A DNA stretch of 64,000 nt from Penicillus capitatus (taxonomy: Eukaryota > Plantae > Chlorophyta), in the NCBI GenBank assembly GCA_965649825.1, contig OZ287708.1, positions 203,311 to 267,310 of the forward strand. The letters run 5' to 3'. The translations under genes and the position numbers were made by a program. Each line of letters opens with the position of its first letter. Positions within the stretch are counted from its first letter, which is position 1. A model generated the notes under the pieces. That model searched no databases. It had not been told where the DNA came from and worked only from the letters and a program-made list of their open reading frames with translations. This document shows positions 37,658 through 49,100 of the stretch, in pieces.

Positions 37658-38985
37658 ATGAAGTCCTACGCATGCGTCCTACTGCTGGGCGTTCTCCTAG
37701 CACATACTGTGCTGGGAGCCGAACAAAAACGCCCGCCGATGTCTACAAACTATGCCGCCTATTATAACGTTGCCGTCGCCGTCAATGGATTCGGTTCGCG
37801 TTTGCTGCTTGAATACCGTAAAGAGCACTTGAACACTTCGGTCGTTTTCTCGCCTGTGAGTTTGACGCTGGCATTCTTCTTGTTATACAAAGGCTCCGCC
37901 GGCGAAACGCAAAGAGAACTCGAGAAGGTGTTCGACTTCGACGTATGACTACGCTTTAAGACTCTCATACTTTCTGAATGAGCGATATAATATGCTGTCA
38001 GGATCCAGAAGTCACAGATGCGTTGACGGGGCTGCCGGACACCTTAAACAATGATAACGATACCCGCGTTGCAAGCCGCATCTACGTCGATGACTCCATC
38101 GAGTTGAAACCGAAATTTAAACGGAACGTAAAGCGAAAGAATATCCGAGAGGTTGATTTTGCCGAGGAATACGAAAAAACACGGCTGAATATCAACGATT
38201 GGGTGAAAAGACGCACAGATGGATTGATTCCGGATTTGATTGCCGATGGCCTTCTGACGCCAGAAACCCTTTTTGTCTTGGTCAATGCCTTGTACTTCAG
38301 AGGATCGTGGGAGAAGCCCTTCAAGAAAGAAAACACAGAAATAGGCACCTTCCACGGCATTCATGGAAAAGAGAAGGTCGAGTTCATGATACGCAAAGAT
38401 TTCATCATGTCCTACAAAGAGGTTCCGGCTATGGGCGGATCCATGATGTCGTTGCCTTACAAAGACAGCGATTTCTGGTTCTACATCTTTCTCCCAGACA
38501 CAAAGGACGGATGGAAAGAAGCCGAAAAGAATTATGAACGCATTGCCGGGAGCGTTTTCGATTCCGAATACGTTCGTCAGGAGGTCGGCCGTCTCAAGAT
38601 GCCAAAGTGGGAATCCGAGTCGTCCCTGGAGAAACTGAGCGATATGTTATCGAGTCTTGGCATTCCTTCTGTCTTCTCCGGCGGCGCAAATTTCACGGAC
38701 ATTACAGAGAGTGCATCTATCCCAGTCTCTGATGTCATTCATAAAGCAAAGATCGCTGTGGATGAGGAAGTGCGTATCTCTCGATGTCATGCAGGGGACC
38801 TTATCGAGATGTGGATGTTGTAGGGAACGGTGGCAGCTGCCGCGACAGCGACAATCTCCGTCAGAAGTGCCGTCCGTTATCCCCCTATTAATATCGTTGT
38901 TAACCATCCTTTCCTTTATTTCATCGTCCACAACAAGGATCGTACTGTGCTCTTCCAGGGAACACAGCTTTCCATTAAAAAATGA
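37658..38985 (+). CDS. Serpin with an N-terminal signal peptide, 3 exons
   Basis: MKSYACVLLLGVLLAHTVLG signal-like sequence; VVFSPVSL, INDWVKRRTDGLIPDL, LVNALYFRGSWEKPF; hinge DEE/GTVAAAAT; NHPFLYFI. Confidence 0.95.
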
Positions 38986-41900
38986 GAGGGATAGCCGCTA
39001 TTCCATCTCTCACATCTTTCCCTTGAAGACACTATGCCTGTTTAGGAAAAGGGTGTTTTCTTTACTGGTCATTTCTTTCTGTGTTGGATGGGATTTGGAT
39101 ATGGCTTCTCTCAACATTAACAGTAACACCATTTTACATTTAGAAAAGGCTGCTACATAATCTAAGCAAAAGTCACAGAGGATTTACTGGGTACAGCGCC
39201 GTTATCAGAAACGAGACTGCGTCAACCGTCACACACGACATGACCAAAAGTGCCAAGAACAGAAAAACGCGCGGATACGCATAAGATGCTCATCGAAAGC
39301 GCATGATCTGTCAAGGGCATACTTACCAAATCTTAGGTCTGCTGAACGACACTCGTTGTTTGCATCTGTTGTATTTTCAGATCATCGAAGCAAGCATATT
39401 TCTGCGTCGTTTGCGCCTTTGGCAATTCAACCTTCACTCCACGTCGATTCGGGTCTCTTGAAAAAAGGCGACAAGACTCTGACGATAGCTAAACCGCGTG
39501 CGCTCTGTTGACTTGCCTGTGCATCCATGACAAGAAGGGCGTTTTTGTGCATGTCTGTAAGCTTACCTGCAGCAGTTGTTCGATGTCCGATGTTGGTCTA
39601 TGCGCATAAAGGCGCCTGTGTCAGTGCTTTTGAACTCTTTTCTCTGTCGCATAGTATCTGCCTCGTACAGCTGCATTCAACGCCTTTGGAAAATGCAGTC
39701 GACGGTGAGGATTTTAAATTCTCGTTGTGCTACATTCGTAGTGATCATCAACATAAGCGGGTCGAGATATGTAAGCAAACAAAGATGTTTTAAGAAGTAA
39801 AAAACAAGTATCCATAATAGCTTCTTTGTCAATTGGCAAAAGCGCGACCACGTGGCACTATCGTCCAAATTAATTCAAGAGTTCCCACTATTAACACGCT
39901 ACGTAAACCGTCCTGTTTTCGACATCTCCCTTTATTCGACCACAGCCATTTAGACTGTACAGCTAAGCGTCATCCAATATACTTAACATGCTTTGTTCGA
40001 TTCATCGTCCTTAATCCTTGAAGTAAGAAGTCATCTTTCTCCATGTGAACCAACTCTATCGGCTCATTTACTCCGACATGGAGAGTCGGTATTTTAAGAA
40101 AGTTATTCAGAGGGCGAGGGCCGTCGAAGACTCTCTTCGACTATTCTACTTTGATGAGACAGGCACCGCGTTTCGGAGGTGGATTCGATGAACCGATGCG
40201 TTCTTAACGGGAACTCCTATTCATTGTTATTGAACAGTAAACGTCACAACCCATCTACTTCGACTGACGTCTCAATGGGCAACAAACACAGCGTGGGTCG
40301 GTCTTGTATAGTGTGACATGACATGTGGGACCAAATCAATAGCTTTCTCTCACACATAGGAGTCCACGCTAATACCTTTTCAATACTGAAAAGTCACCAT
40401 TCCCTACGCCTATGACTAAAGGACGAATGTCGATGGTCGACGCACATAGAAGATGCGAAAAACGCATTCTCTCCACAAGCGTTGGAACAAATCTTCTTCC
40501 TTTGAGGCTCACACGCCGTCTTAATCTAGTCGTGTAAGTTATCGAGCAGATGCCGTTGTTACATGCTTTGGCTTCCACTTCCTACTCAATGTCGTGCATT
40601 CGTTGTGGTCCTCACTTCGCTTCGTGTGTCCGTTTCGGCTTTCGATGTCCTCTTTTACCTGACGTCATTTCATTGAAGTGTGAGTGCTACGCCGAACTCA
40701 ACAAAGGTTCCCCGTATCGTAATGTCAACGACGGCCAAGCATTCCTCTCGTTCACATTGTCTGGCTTTGAACCAATTTCAGGATTGGTCAATGCCTCTAG
40801 ATTTCTGTTTACAAACTATGGTAAATGCTCTTATCAGTCACACTGATCTTGTGGGATCTAAAAGTATGTAAATCGACTTTTCCGACAATCGAAATGTAAA
40901 ACATGTCCTAAACTTCACCAATAGCGAATTCCGACCGTAAACAATTGTTGCGTCATGTTCTCTTGAATGTCTATGTTTGGGTATTTTCGCCAGATGGCGC
41001 TCTTCTTCACCGTCTCTGACTCTGGACAGATGTTAAACGAAAATGACAAGAATCAATTTGTTTTTGTCGTCTATCGCACTAATATCCACTGATCTTTTGA
41101 CTAGATCTTATGTGTCTAAACGACCTCTGGCTGGAGGATTAATAGTCATCTTGTAACTCCAACATCCTCAGCCATCCTTGTATAACTGTTATTATCTGTT
41201 TCTCGGTATTTAGGATAGCGTCGACGATCTTTCTTTGGCTTCCTCTGTTTCTGTTCCCACGTTTACATTCTTGTCGCAAAAATGACATAGAGCCATTTCA
41301 ATTTGGGTAAAAATCGTTTTTGACAAGTCTGTTCGTGCTTCGTTTTTTTTCCAATCGCACGACAGATACTTGTAACAGTAAGGATGTCCAGTGGCAATAC
41401 TAAGATTGTACCGTACACTAGACAAGTGCGAGACAACAGGTCCATTCCGTTAAACAAAGATAAGCTTGTCCAAGATCCTCGACAAGTTCAGTACCTATCA
41501 GCAAATCTGCAATTTACTGTTGTTGCCTCACCACAACCCATGTCAAAGTCTCTCCCCCTTGGGATCGAGTCCAATGAACCACGCACAGCCTTTACAAGAA
41601 GGCCTGTCCCGAATCTGACGCAAGTCTAACGTTTTTCATGCCGTTTTCCGGAATGATCGTTGTAAGGGATTGTTATAACGTTTGTTCGTGCACAAGGTCG
41701 AATCTTGCAGCTGGCCGGACGGCGTCGCGGTATGAAAATCGCGTGACGAGTCGTCGCGTCACCGTGACGGTTTTATTCTTTGCGCTTGTGAACGGAGAGC
41801 AGTGTAGGTAGACCTCTGGTTTGCGCCCAACATCTGCTGAATATTCTAAGGAGTCTGTGAGGAAAACGTTGCTTTTCTGCAGTTCCATCCAACGTAGAGG

Positions 41901-42028
41901 TGTGAAAAGAGTAACACACTAAGTTCTTCAGTCCGAACGAACGCACAAGACAGCGCTTTCCTGGAAAGAGGAAAGCAAAGCTGAAAACGAGACCGGAAAG
42001 CGACCAGCGCAAACTTAGTTGTCGAGAC

Positions 42029-44306
42029 ATGAAGTTCTATCGACGCCGATGTGCGGCATTTTCCACAAACCCAGCTGAGAAGCGGCTGTTTTTTAGATGA
42101 GTTCTCAGCGCACGGCGCTAATGTGAACTGTCTTCGTCTGGGACGCGGTTCGGGATTGGGATTGGTGACGGGAGGAGATGACAGTAAAGTAAATATTTGG
42201 AAGCTGGGACACTCTCGTCCTTTAGTGGTGCGTTTCCCCCCAGACCTGTCTGTTCATTTGCACAGATACATGGTGATGTTAGTCGCTCTCTGCTGAAACC
42301 AGTCCAGTCTATTCCGTCAGTTTTGATAGCTCGGATGAGTACGCTGTTTCAGGAAATGGCAACGGATGTGTCACTGTTTGGGACATTCCAAAAGAAAGAG
42401 GCAATTCGCCGTGCTGCTTGTTCTGTGATATGACAATGAGATGATGTGTCATTTAGTGGGAAGGCAATTCTCTGGCCATCAAGATCGCGTGACTGCCGTC
42501 CAATATCATCCATCCAAGGGATACTATCTCGTATCGGGCTCGGCGGATTCTGTCGTAAAGATCTGGGATGTTCGGCGAAAATCCTGTCTGCTTTCATTCA
42601 AAGGGCACAATAAACAAGTGACGCAATGCAATTTCAGTCCAGACGGAAAATGGATCTGCGCCGGATTTGGAGACGGGGAGGTGAAGTTGTGGGATATCGG
42701 TTCGCGGTCGCTTCTGAAGACATTCCGAGAGCACCGCGGCCGAATCACTGGAATTGAATTTCATCCAGAGGAGTGCCTGATGGCCACGAGTTCCTCGGAT
42801 GGTTCCGTTCGTCTGTGGGACTTGGAAAACTCTGAAACCATCGAAAAAATCGGACCTGAGAAAACCGAAGTCCGATGCATTCAGTTCTCGGCACGTGGAG
42901 ATTGTCTCTTGAGTGCCATACCAGATGGCTTACGCTCGCACGGATGGGAGCCCTATCAGCTGCATGACTCCGTATCTATACCTTGGTCTCATATACGTGA
43001 CATGTCCATTTGGCATATGCATAAGAAACTGGTGGCCTGTACCATGAACCAAACAAGAGTCTCTGTCTGGCTAGTAGACCTAAAAAAAATTCGACCATTT
43101 GCACCACAAGACCCGCCGCCTCATAAGGAAGAGGAACCAAAGAAGCGTGGCAAGGGAGAGACCATTCCAGCACTGAAAATCGATCCCATTTTCGAAATGC
43201 GTGATTCTGACAGCTCTGCTCGGACCACGACAAGTGGAAGATACTCCGAGAAGTACTCTGCAATCGGTACTGAACGAAGTGGAATGGGTACTTTCTCAAG
43301 AGAACCCTCAGTGGATTCTGAACGAGTGAGAGGAAAACCTTCAACAGACAGAGCCTCTTCCAAAGCATCTTCCAGAACTTCTTTGGCTCTGGACTTGTCC
43401 GATGTGCAACGGCCGTGTCATGGGTCATCATCTACGGCTGATCAGCCCTCTGCCCCACCCACTGTCCCACAAAGTCCTTTTCATGAGAGGTGATGTCTGT
43501 TTGCATCCCTTCCACTTCTGTCTCACTTTTCTCTCCAGGACTTCGATGACAAGTCGTGCGTTTGCAGAGAAGAAGCACTTCAAATCCAAAGAATGCGATC
43601 GCTACAGTCTGAAAACGGAACGGCATGCAAGCAAGAAAGACGGTAGTTACACATCCAGAGATCTGCAAATCGAATCTTTCTTACCGAAGAAGCAGCAACC
43701 CATTCAGTTTGAGAAGCCAGGGATAGAACCGGACGACGCAGAGTGCATCGATGATATGATGCAGAAGAAGGATATGGTTCGGCATATCTTGTCATCAAGA
43801 GTCTGCAATTTACAAATTGTTCGGCGGTTTTGGGAACAAGGGAGTATGCAAGAGACACTCAAAGCTGTGCAGCGGTCTGTTGTATCAGTTTTTCTGATTT
43901 GTGTGACCGGATGAGATGTAGGTGTGAAAATACATCCGTCGCTGTTGATTTCCTGGGAGCAGTTTGTCCATTGCAGAAAATTCTGACACTGGAACTTATT
44001 CCCTGTGTCGTACCTTTACTGTTAGATATGTTACAGAGTAGCCATGAGAGGTACTGGGAGACGGCGCTGAGGATTTTGTTGATCGTACTGAAAGGTTTTG
44101 GGGGATTGATTCGTGAGACGACTAATGGAGCTCATATGAGCATGGGTGTGAACATAAGCTTAGAACAACGACTTGAAAAGTGCAAACACGCTCAGGAAAG
44201 CCTGCTAGAGATCGCGCCTCTGGTGGAGCGCATTACAAAACAAGGAGGCAGTGTGGCCGGTCAAGCAAATGATGTCCAATGTCGGCTGTCGGACCTCACC
44301 ACGTGA
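42029..44306 (+). CDS. KATNB1: Katanin p80 WD40 subunit
   Basis: EFSAHGANVNCLRLG...VTGGDDSKVNIW, WD40 repeats, DGLRSHGWEP, and the C-terminal con80 region (ILSSRVCNLQIVRRFW, LEQRLEKC). Confidence 0.95.
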
Positions 44307-44956
44307 GTATGCATGCTGGCATGCATATATCACGGCTCTTCGACGGCATAACGGGAATCCCTTAAGGAAGACACTTCATGGATCGTGGACATTTCGCCTT
44401 GTGAAATAATCTCTTTCAAAGTGATCGAAGATGTCACTTCATGACGTGTTGTTAGGCCCTGCTGTGACTTCGCGGGTCATTGTTGCTGTTGTATCTTCAA
44501 GATGGGCTTAATGAGTCTAATCTATCTCATTAAAGCTTAAAGAATCATCATGATGGTGTGTGGTCGTGGTGGTGGTGCCAATGGCAATGGCAGCGGTTAT
44601 GTATCGTTGGGTTATTGGCTTATTTGTTATTTCCAGCAATGCGCGCGTGCATCATAATTTAGGATCTGACGGGTTCGATCTGTAATCATGATGCATAACG
44701 ACAACAGTGAGGAGGGTACAAGTCTATCTTTGACTCAATCGGGTATGAGAGACCACAGCAGCATGATATATAGAAGGCAATAATAAGATCAAGTTTATTG
44801 GACCAGACAGAGACAGACACCTTTCAACATTGTACGTGCAAATGTGTGTGTGGGAGTCCACTCATAAAGTTTTTTCCTTTTTTGTTGCCGTTGTTGTTAT
44901 CACAATGAAGAAAGATGCCACGTTACTTCTGATCATCTTGATCTCCCACCTCAGAT

Positions 44957-45223
44957 TTAATGAGCATCTCCTCTGAGTCTGGCCTCCTCCTTGTGCTTGA
45001 AATGCCTGTATTCGGTAGGCCAGATGTAGAGGTATGAAAACAGCGTGCCTCCGTAGATAACGTGCCACAAAGGCATAATACTGCCCGTCTGAATATACTT
45101 CTTGCCATAGGCATCCATCGTCGAGTCAAAGACCGTCCTCAAATGATCGAACGAGAAGATCTGACGCATAACGCCAGGAGCTTCGCGCAGCTTCGCGTCT
45201 GCCAGTTGTTTCCATACGGACAT
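44957..45223 (-). CDS. ATP17: Mitochondrial ATP synthase subunit f (plant type), 88 aa
   Basis: MSVWKQLADAKLREAP...YGKKYIQTGSIMPLWHVIYGGTLFSYLYIWPTEYRHFKH matches the pattern of plant subunit f (KYIQT..P..H...G..FSY...P.E.RH). Confidence 0.88.
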   Translation of the reverse strand: MSVWKQLADAKLREAPGVMRQIFSFDHLRTVFDSTMDAYGKKYIQTGSIMPLWHVIYGGTLFSYLYIWPTEYRHFKHKEEARLRGDAH

Positions 45224-45311
45224 CTCGAAGAGGACTGAGTAATCGTGATGGACAAAGCCAATGAATGAAAAAGAACCTAACCGTATACAACGACCGTAGA
45301 CGTGCGTCCAG

Positions 45312-46671
45312 TCACCATCCAAGACTGTAGACCGCACGGATCATGAGAGGATGGGCTAGGTAAGTACCCACAGAGAAGAGCACAATGGCAAGATAGGGGA
45401 TTCTGAGCCATTCCTGATAGTAATCCTCAGGCAACACTTGTCGCCCGTCGAGGATCGCCTGAAAAGGAAGGATACTGGTGCGAGCCTTGATCTCTTCGAA
45501 CGCCTAAGAAAGCCCGGTGCATAGTTTTTGAATTCTTATGTGGTCTTCACACTTTGCCATGCCGTTCTGCCAGTCTTCGATCTCCGTGCCAACATCCAAA
45601 TGCATGGTGCAGAATGAGTCCCAGAGACGTCACTACCATAAAGGAATTGCCGATCCACAGAGTATGTGCAAAGCACCACAAAGCCTTCCACACATCCATC
45701 CAATATGGCACATTCGCATCACTCAATTCCTAGTTGTCGCCTCACTTGTCCAAAGGCTTGAGGATGACGTGTGATACGTGTGATGCCTGTCTCCCACAAA
45801 TGCAGCTGAGGCTCATCGACGGCAGCAACCTGAGTGAGCAGAGTGTGGATTGCATGGCGTTGTGAGAGAGAAAAGGAACAACTTCGAGGAGATTAAAGGT
45901 GGAGGGATACAGAAAGAAGAATGAGATCAGGCTGAGAATCCACACCAGTGGACGGATGCCAGGAATATCTTGGACCATCCAGAGCTGAGCCCCTTGATAT
46001 CGATGATTGATGAAGTACCCAACTGTCACTGCCGCCAAAGGAAGACTCACAAGGGCAAAGACAACGCGATAAGCACGCTTCCCAACCAGCACCTCTCCTG
46101 TGTATGACCGTTGGCAATCGAGAGGGCAAAAGTGACCGAAGACATACCACGGGTGCGTAGAGCAGCAAGACCGCTGTGACTCACGGCAAAAATCAGAAGC
46201 AGGAGCAACATTACTGTTGCAGGAGAGTCGGAGATCGACGTCAATAGTGACAGAAATTCGTCACTGTAGCCTGTTTCCGGTTGAATCCAAAACTGCGACC
46301 AGACAATCACACGTCAGAGGAGTGCGCCTATTTTGCGGAAGAGAGATGACCACATAGAGGGCACCCAATACAGAAGAGAGCAGAAGAGCGAAAAGGGACC
46401 ATGAGTCCAGGCGCTGTTCAGCAAGACGAAATTTGGCGGCGTCTTCACCGAAAGACGTCGTCGAATGCGATCGATCATCTTCAAAGGACTCCCCACGTGC
46501 AGCAATCCGCGACGACGACAACGGCGGAACGATCGCGCCGCGCCACAATACTCCTCTTACAGAATCCGTTTTCGGTTTCGACACCTGTCCCGATCGGATC
46601 GATCGAGCGATCGCTGCCGAGCGCGGTCTCCACAGCGCTCCTTCGACCGACACGACTGAACGCGTTTGCAT
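45312..46671 (-). CDS. Z-ISO: 15-cis-zeta-carotene isomerase (NnrU family), ~6 exons
   Basis: [95 protein letters not shown]. Confidence 0.95.
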
Positions 46672-46731
46672 GGTGCGATCTAAAATGTCGGTGCGCGCAC
46701 CGTTCTGCCCATAACATGGAAGGCAGGTGGC

Positions 46732-47136
46732 CTACACAGGCTTAAGTCCCTCATAGAATTTCCTTGCAAAAGGCTTCGCCAGTTTCTTTGCCTGTTCGAG
46801 GTTTGGAGCGTCTTCTGGTTTCATCTGATCAAACTGATACCCCTCTTCGCGCAACATGGCCAGTGTTTTGATGTCTTGCTGTTTTTCATCGATCATGGCC
46901 TCCAGATCTCGAACAGTCTTGTCATGCGTCGAGACCGTGAGCTTCTCTCCATTGACAAACTCCACATCCATCGACGGGGAACCGTGATTCAGAAGCTTCA
47001 ACTCGACGTTGCATTCGGGATTCGATAGCAGAGCTTTCTGTGTCGTGCACTCGTTGAACAGTTGCGCCGCCGAGGTGGATCCAGGCAAGAGAGGTGCGTA
47101 TTGCAGCGTGAGACGCTTGAGTCCTTGTAGACGCAT
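46732..47136 (-). CDS. MRPL53: Mitochondrial ribosomal protein mL53
   Basis: MRLQGLKRLTLQYAP...KALLSNPECNV...MDVEFVNGEK resembles the plant L53 motifs (SNP.C, V.FVNG). Confidence 0.8.
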   Translation of the reverse strand: MRLQGLKRLTLQYAPLLPGSTSAAQLFNECTTQKALLSNPECNVELKLLNHGSPSMDVEFVNGEKLTVSTHDKTVRDLEAMIDEKQQDIKTLAMLREEGYQFDQMKPEDAPNLEQAKKLAKPFARKFYEGLKPV

Positions 47137-47839
47137 GATGTGGGTAAAGAATCTTAAATCCTGACCGAAATGCACAAACTAACAGGCCTTGTATCGGGCG
47201 GTTGAACTTGTTTCGTGCACAAAGGCAACAACAACAACAACAGATCACTTCGAAAAGGGACATATCATCATCAGTAAGTACGGTCTCCCAGCTAAACATC
47301 GTTAGAGAACTCCCACGGCTGAACGAATCCTGGATGCCCATCGAAATGTTAAATCTCGAACTTGACTAAACAAAGCGTCTCCCATGTTCAGGATGAGAGA
47401 ACAGTGTCATCACTTGTCAGTAATAGGTAAACAGAGTATAGACGGACGGATGGACAGTAACAAGGTCTTTCAGAATAAAAAAAATAATCCAGTGTGTCTG
47501 TCTGTTTGTCTGTCACAAACATCTGAAAATGTGTTCACCTGCCAGAAAAGAAAGCCTAGTAGATGCCGCACGATGCATCCAAAACTTGCTGAATATATAG
47601 AAAAGCGAGGGTTAAATTCTGAACAGGGTTCTTCTTGTACACCATATGACCTGTAACTTGGCTGAACAGGCTCCTTGCCTCGGAAGTAGAGATTCTTCAT
47701 CGATCGTAACAATGTCATCAGCTAAGACACGCATATCAGACTGTGAATCGAGAAACTTGTGTTTTAACGACAACGATAATGACAATATCCATTAGTAATG
47801 ATGAGAAAAGTGCTTGTTGCTTTTGTGCTTTATCATCTG

Positions 47840-48901
47840 TCAGTCTTCGCAGTCGCTGGTACTGCACATACGTACAGGCGATTTGCTCGGCGAGACACGA
47901 ATTGGCAATGTGCCCAGCACGGCTCCCGTGCAATTCAATGCAGCTAATGCACTGTCTGCATGTGTGAACTCGATAAATGCGATTCTGGTGGAGTGAGCAT
48001 AATCGCCCAACAGCCTCAGCTTGGTCACTTTCCCACAAAGGCTCTCAAAGAAACGGCGGACATCATGTTTATCCACTTTCTTATCGATATTTGCGATGTA
48101 GACTGTACGACTACACAATTCCATCTCTTCCATGTTTCTGGGCATGAAATCCTTGTTCACTGGAACGATGGCTGTCTTCGATGGCAACACTCGGATAGTG
48201 GAGCCACCCAGTGTCATCCCAGTCTTCTCCAATGCTTTGACGGCTCCCGGCTCTTCAGAGAACTCGATGAATGCAAACCTCTTGGCAGAGTTGGGATCTC
48301 CACAGACACGACAGTCCACAACGGACCCCGAGTCCGCAAAGAGATTCGCCAACTCCTCTTCTGTCACGTTTTGGTCAATGTCTGAGATGTAGACGGTGCG
48401 ACGAACATTTTCTTTCAGTTCTTTTTGTACACCACGATTCCGACGCGATCCTCCGCGTCCCGATGCATTGTATTTCTGTCGTTGCTTGTTTCCTCCTCCA
48501 CTGCGATTACGCCCTTCCATTTCCATACCACCACCGCGTCCATTGCTCTCGTAGGAGGGAAGGCCATCATGAGGATGATGGGGACCTCCATAGTAAGAAG
48601 ACCCAGGATGTAGCATCTGTCCATGTGGGTGCAACATCGGATTCGGCGGAGGAACTTCAACTGGCGCTTCCATTTCGTAAGGCACATATTCACCATTCGG
48701 CAAATGGAGTGCGCCTATCGGTGGCGCATAGTAACGCATTCGACTGAGATTCTGTGTTATGGGCTGCTGATGATGGGGATGGCTATACGGGTTGCCCAAC
48801 AGAGAGAAATCAATTGACCCACCGCCGCCAGTGTTCGGTTCGTAAAGCTCCGCCGCAGGATTGGCCGGCAAGGATGCCGAGTGCCTATGGGTTGGCGACA
48901 T
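47840..48901 (-). CDS. Two-RRM poly(A)-binding-protein-interacting protein (CID8-13/RBP37 type), intronless
   Basis: RRTVYISDIDQNVTEE...VVDCRVCGDPNS...RFAFIEF; IRVLPSKTAIVPVN; RTVYIANIDKKV...RLLGDYAHSTRIAFIEF; PIRVSPSKSPVR. Confidence 0.93.
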   Translation of the reverse strand: MSPTHRHSASLPANPAAELYEPNTGGGGSIDFSLLGNPYSHPHHQQPITQNLSRMRYYAPPIGALHLPNGEYVPYEMEAPVEVPPPNPMLHPHGQMLHPGSSYYGGPHHPHDGLPSYESNGRGGGMEMEGRNRSGGGNKQRQKYNASGRGGSRRNRGVQKELKENVRRTVYISDIDQNVTEEELANLFADSGSVVDCRVCGDPNSAKRFAFIEFSEEPGAVKALEKTGMTLGGSTIRVLPSKTAIVPVNKDFMPRNMEEMELCSRTVYIANIDKKVDKHDVRRFFESLCGKVTKLRLLGDYAHSTRIAFIEFTHADSALAALNCTGAVLGTLPIRVSPSKSPVRMCSTSDCED

Positions 48902-49100
48902 TTCGCCGCGTGAAGGACGATCCAGCTTTGAGAAAACGAACGAAAAACTCAAAACACCAAAGAAACGGAAAGAGTCGATGGAAGAACCGACTTTATTCCA
49001 ACGGACGCGTGTCTTTATTTCTTCGCCACCAGCGAGCGATTGCCGTGTCAATTAAATCGCTCGTTGTGTGTACGTAATGCATGAACGTACATACATACGG

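Noticed and set aside
39319-39327. U1 snRNA-like ATACTTACC
   Set aside because: It is not followed by CTGG or by the U1 stem-loops and Sm site. It is more simply the reverse complement of a GGTAAGTAT splice-donor-like word.
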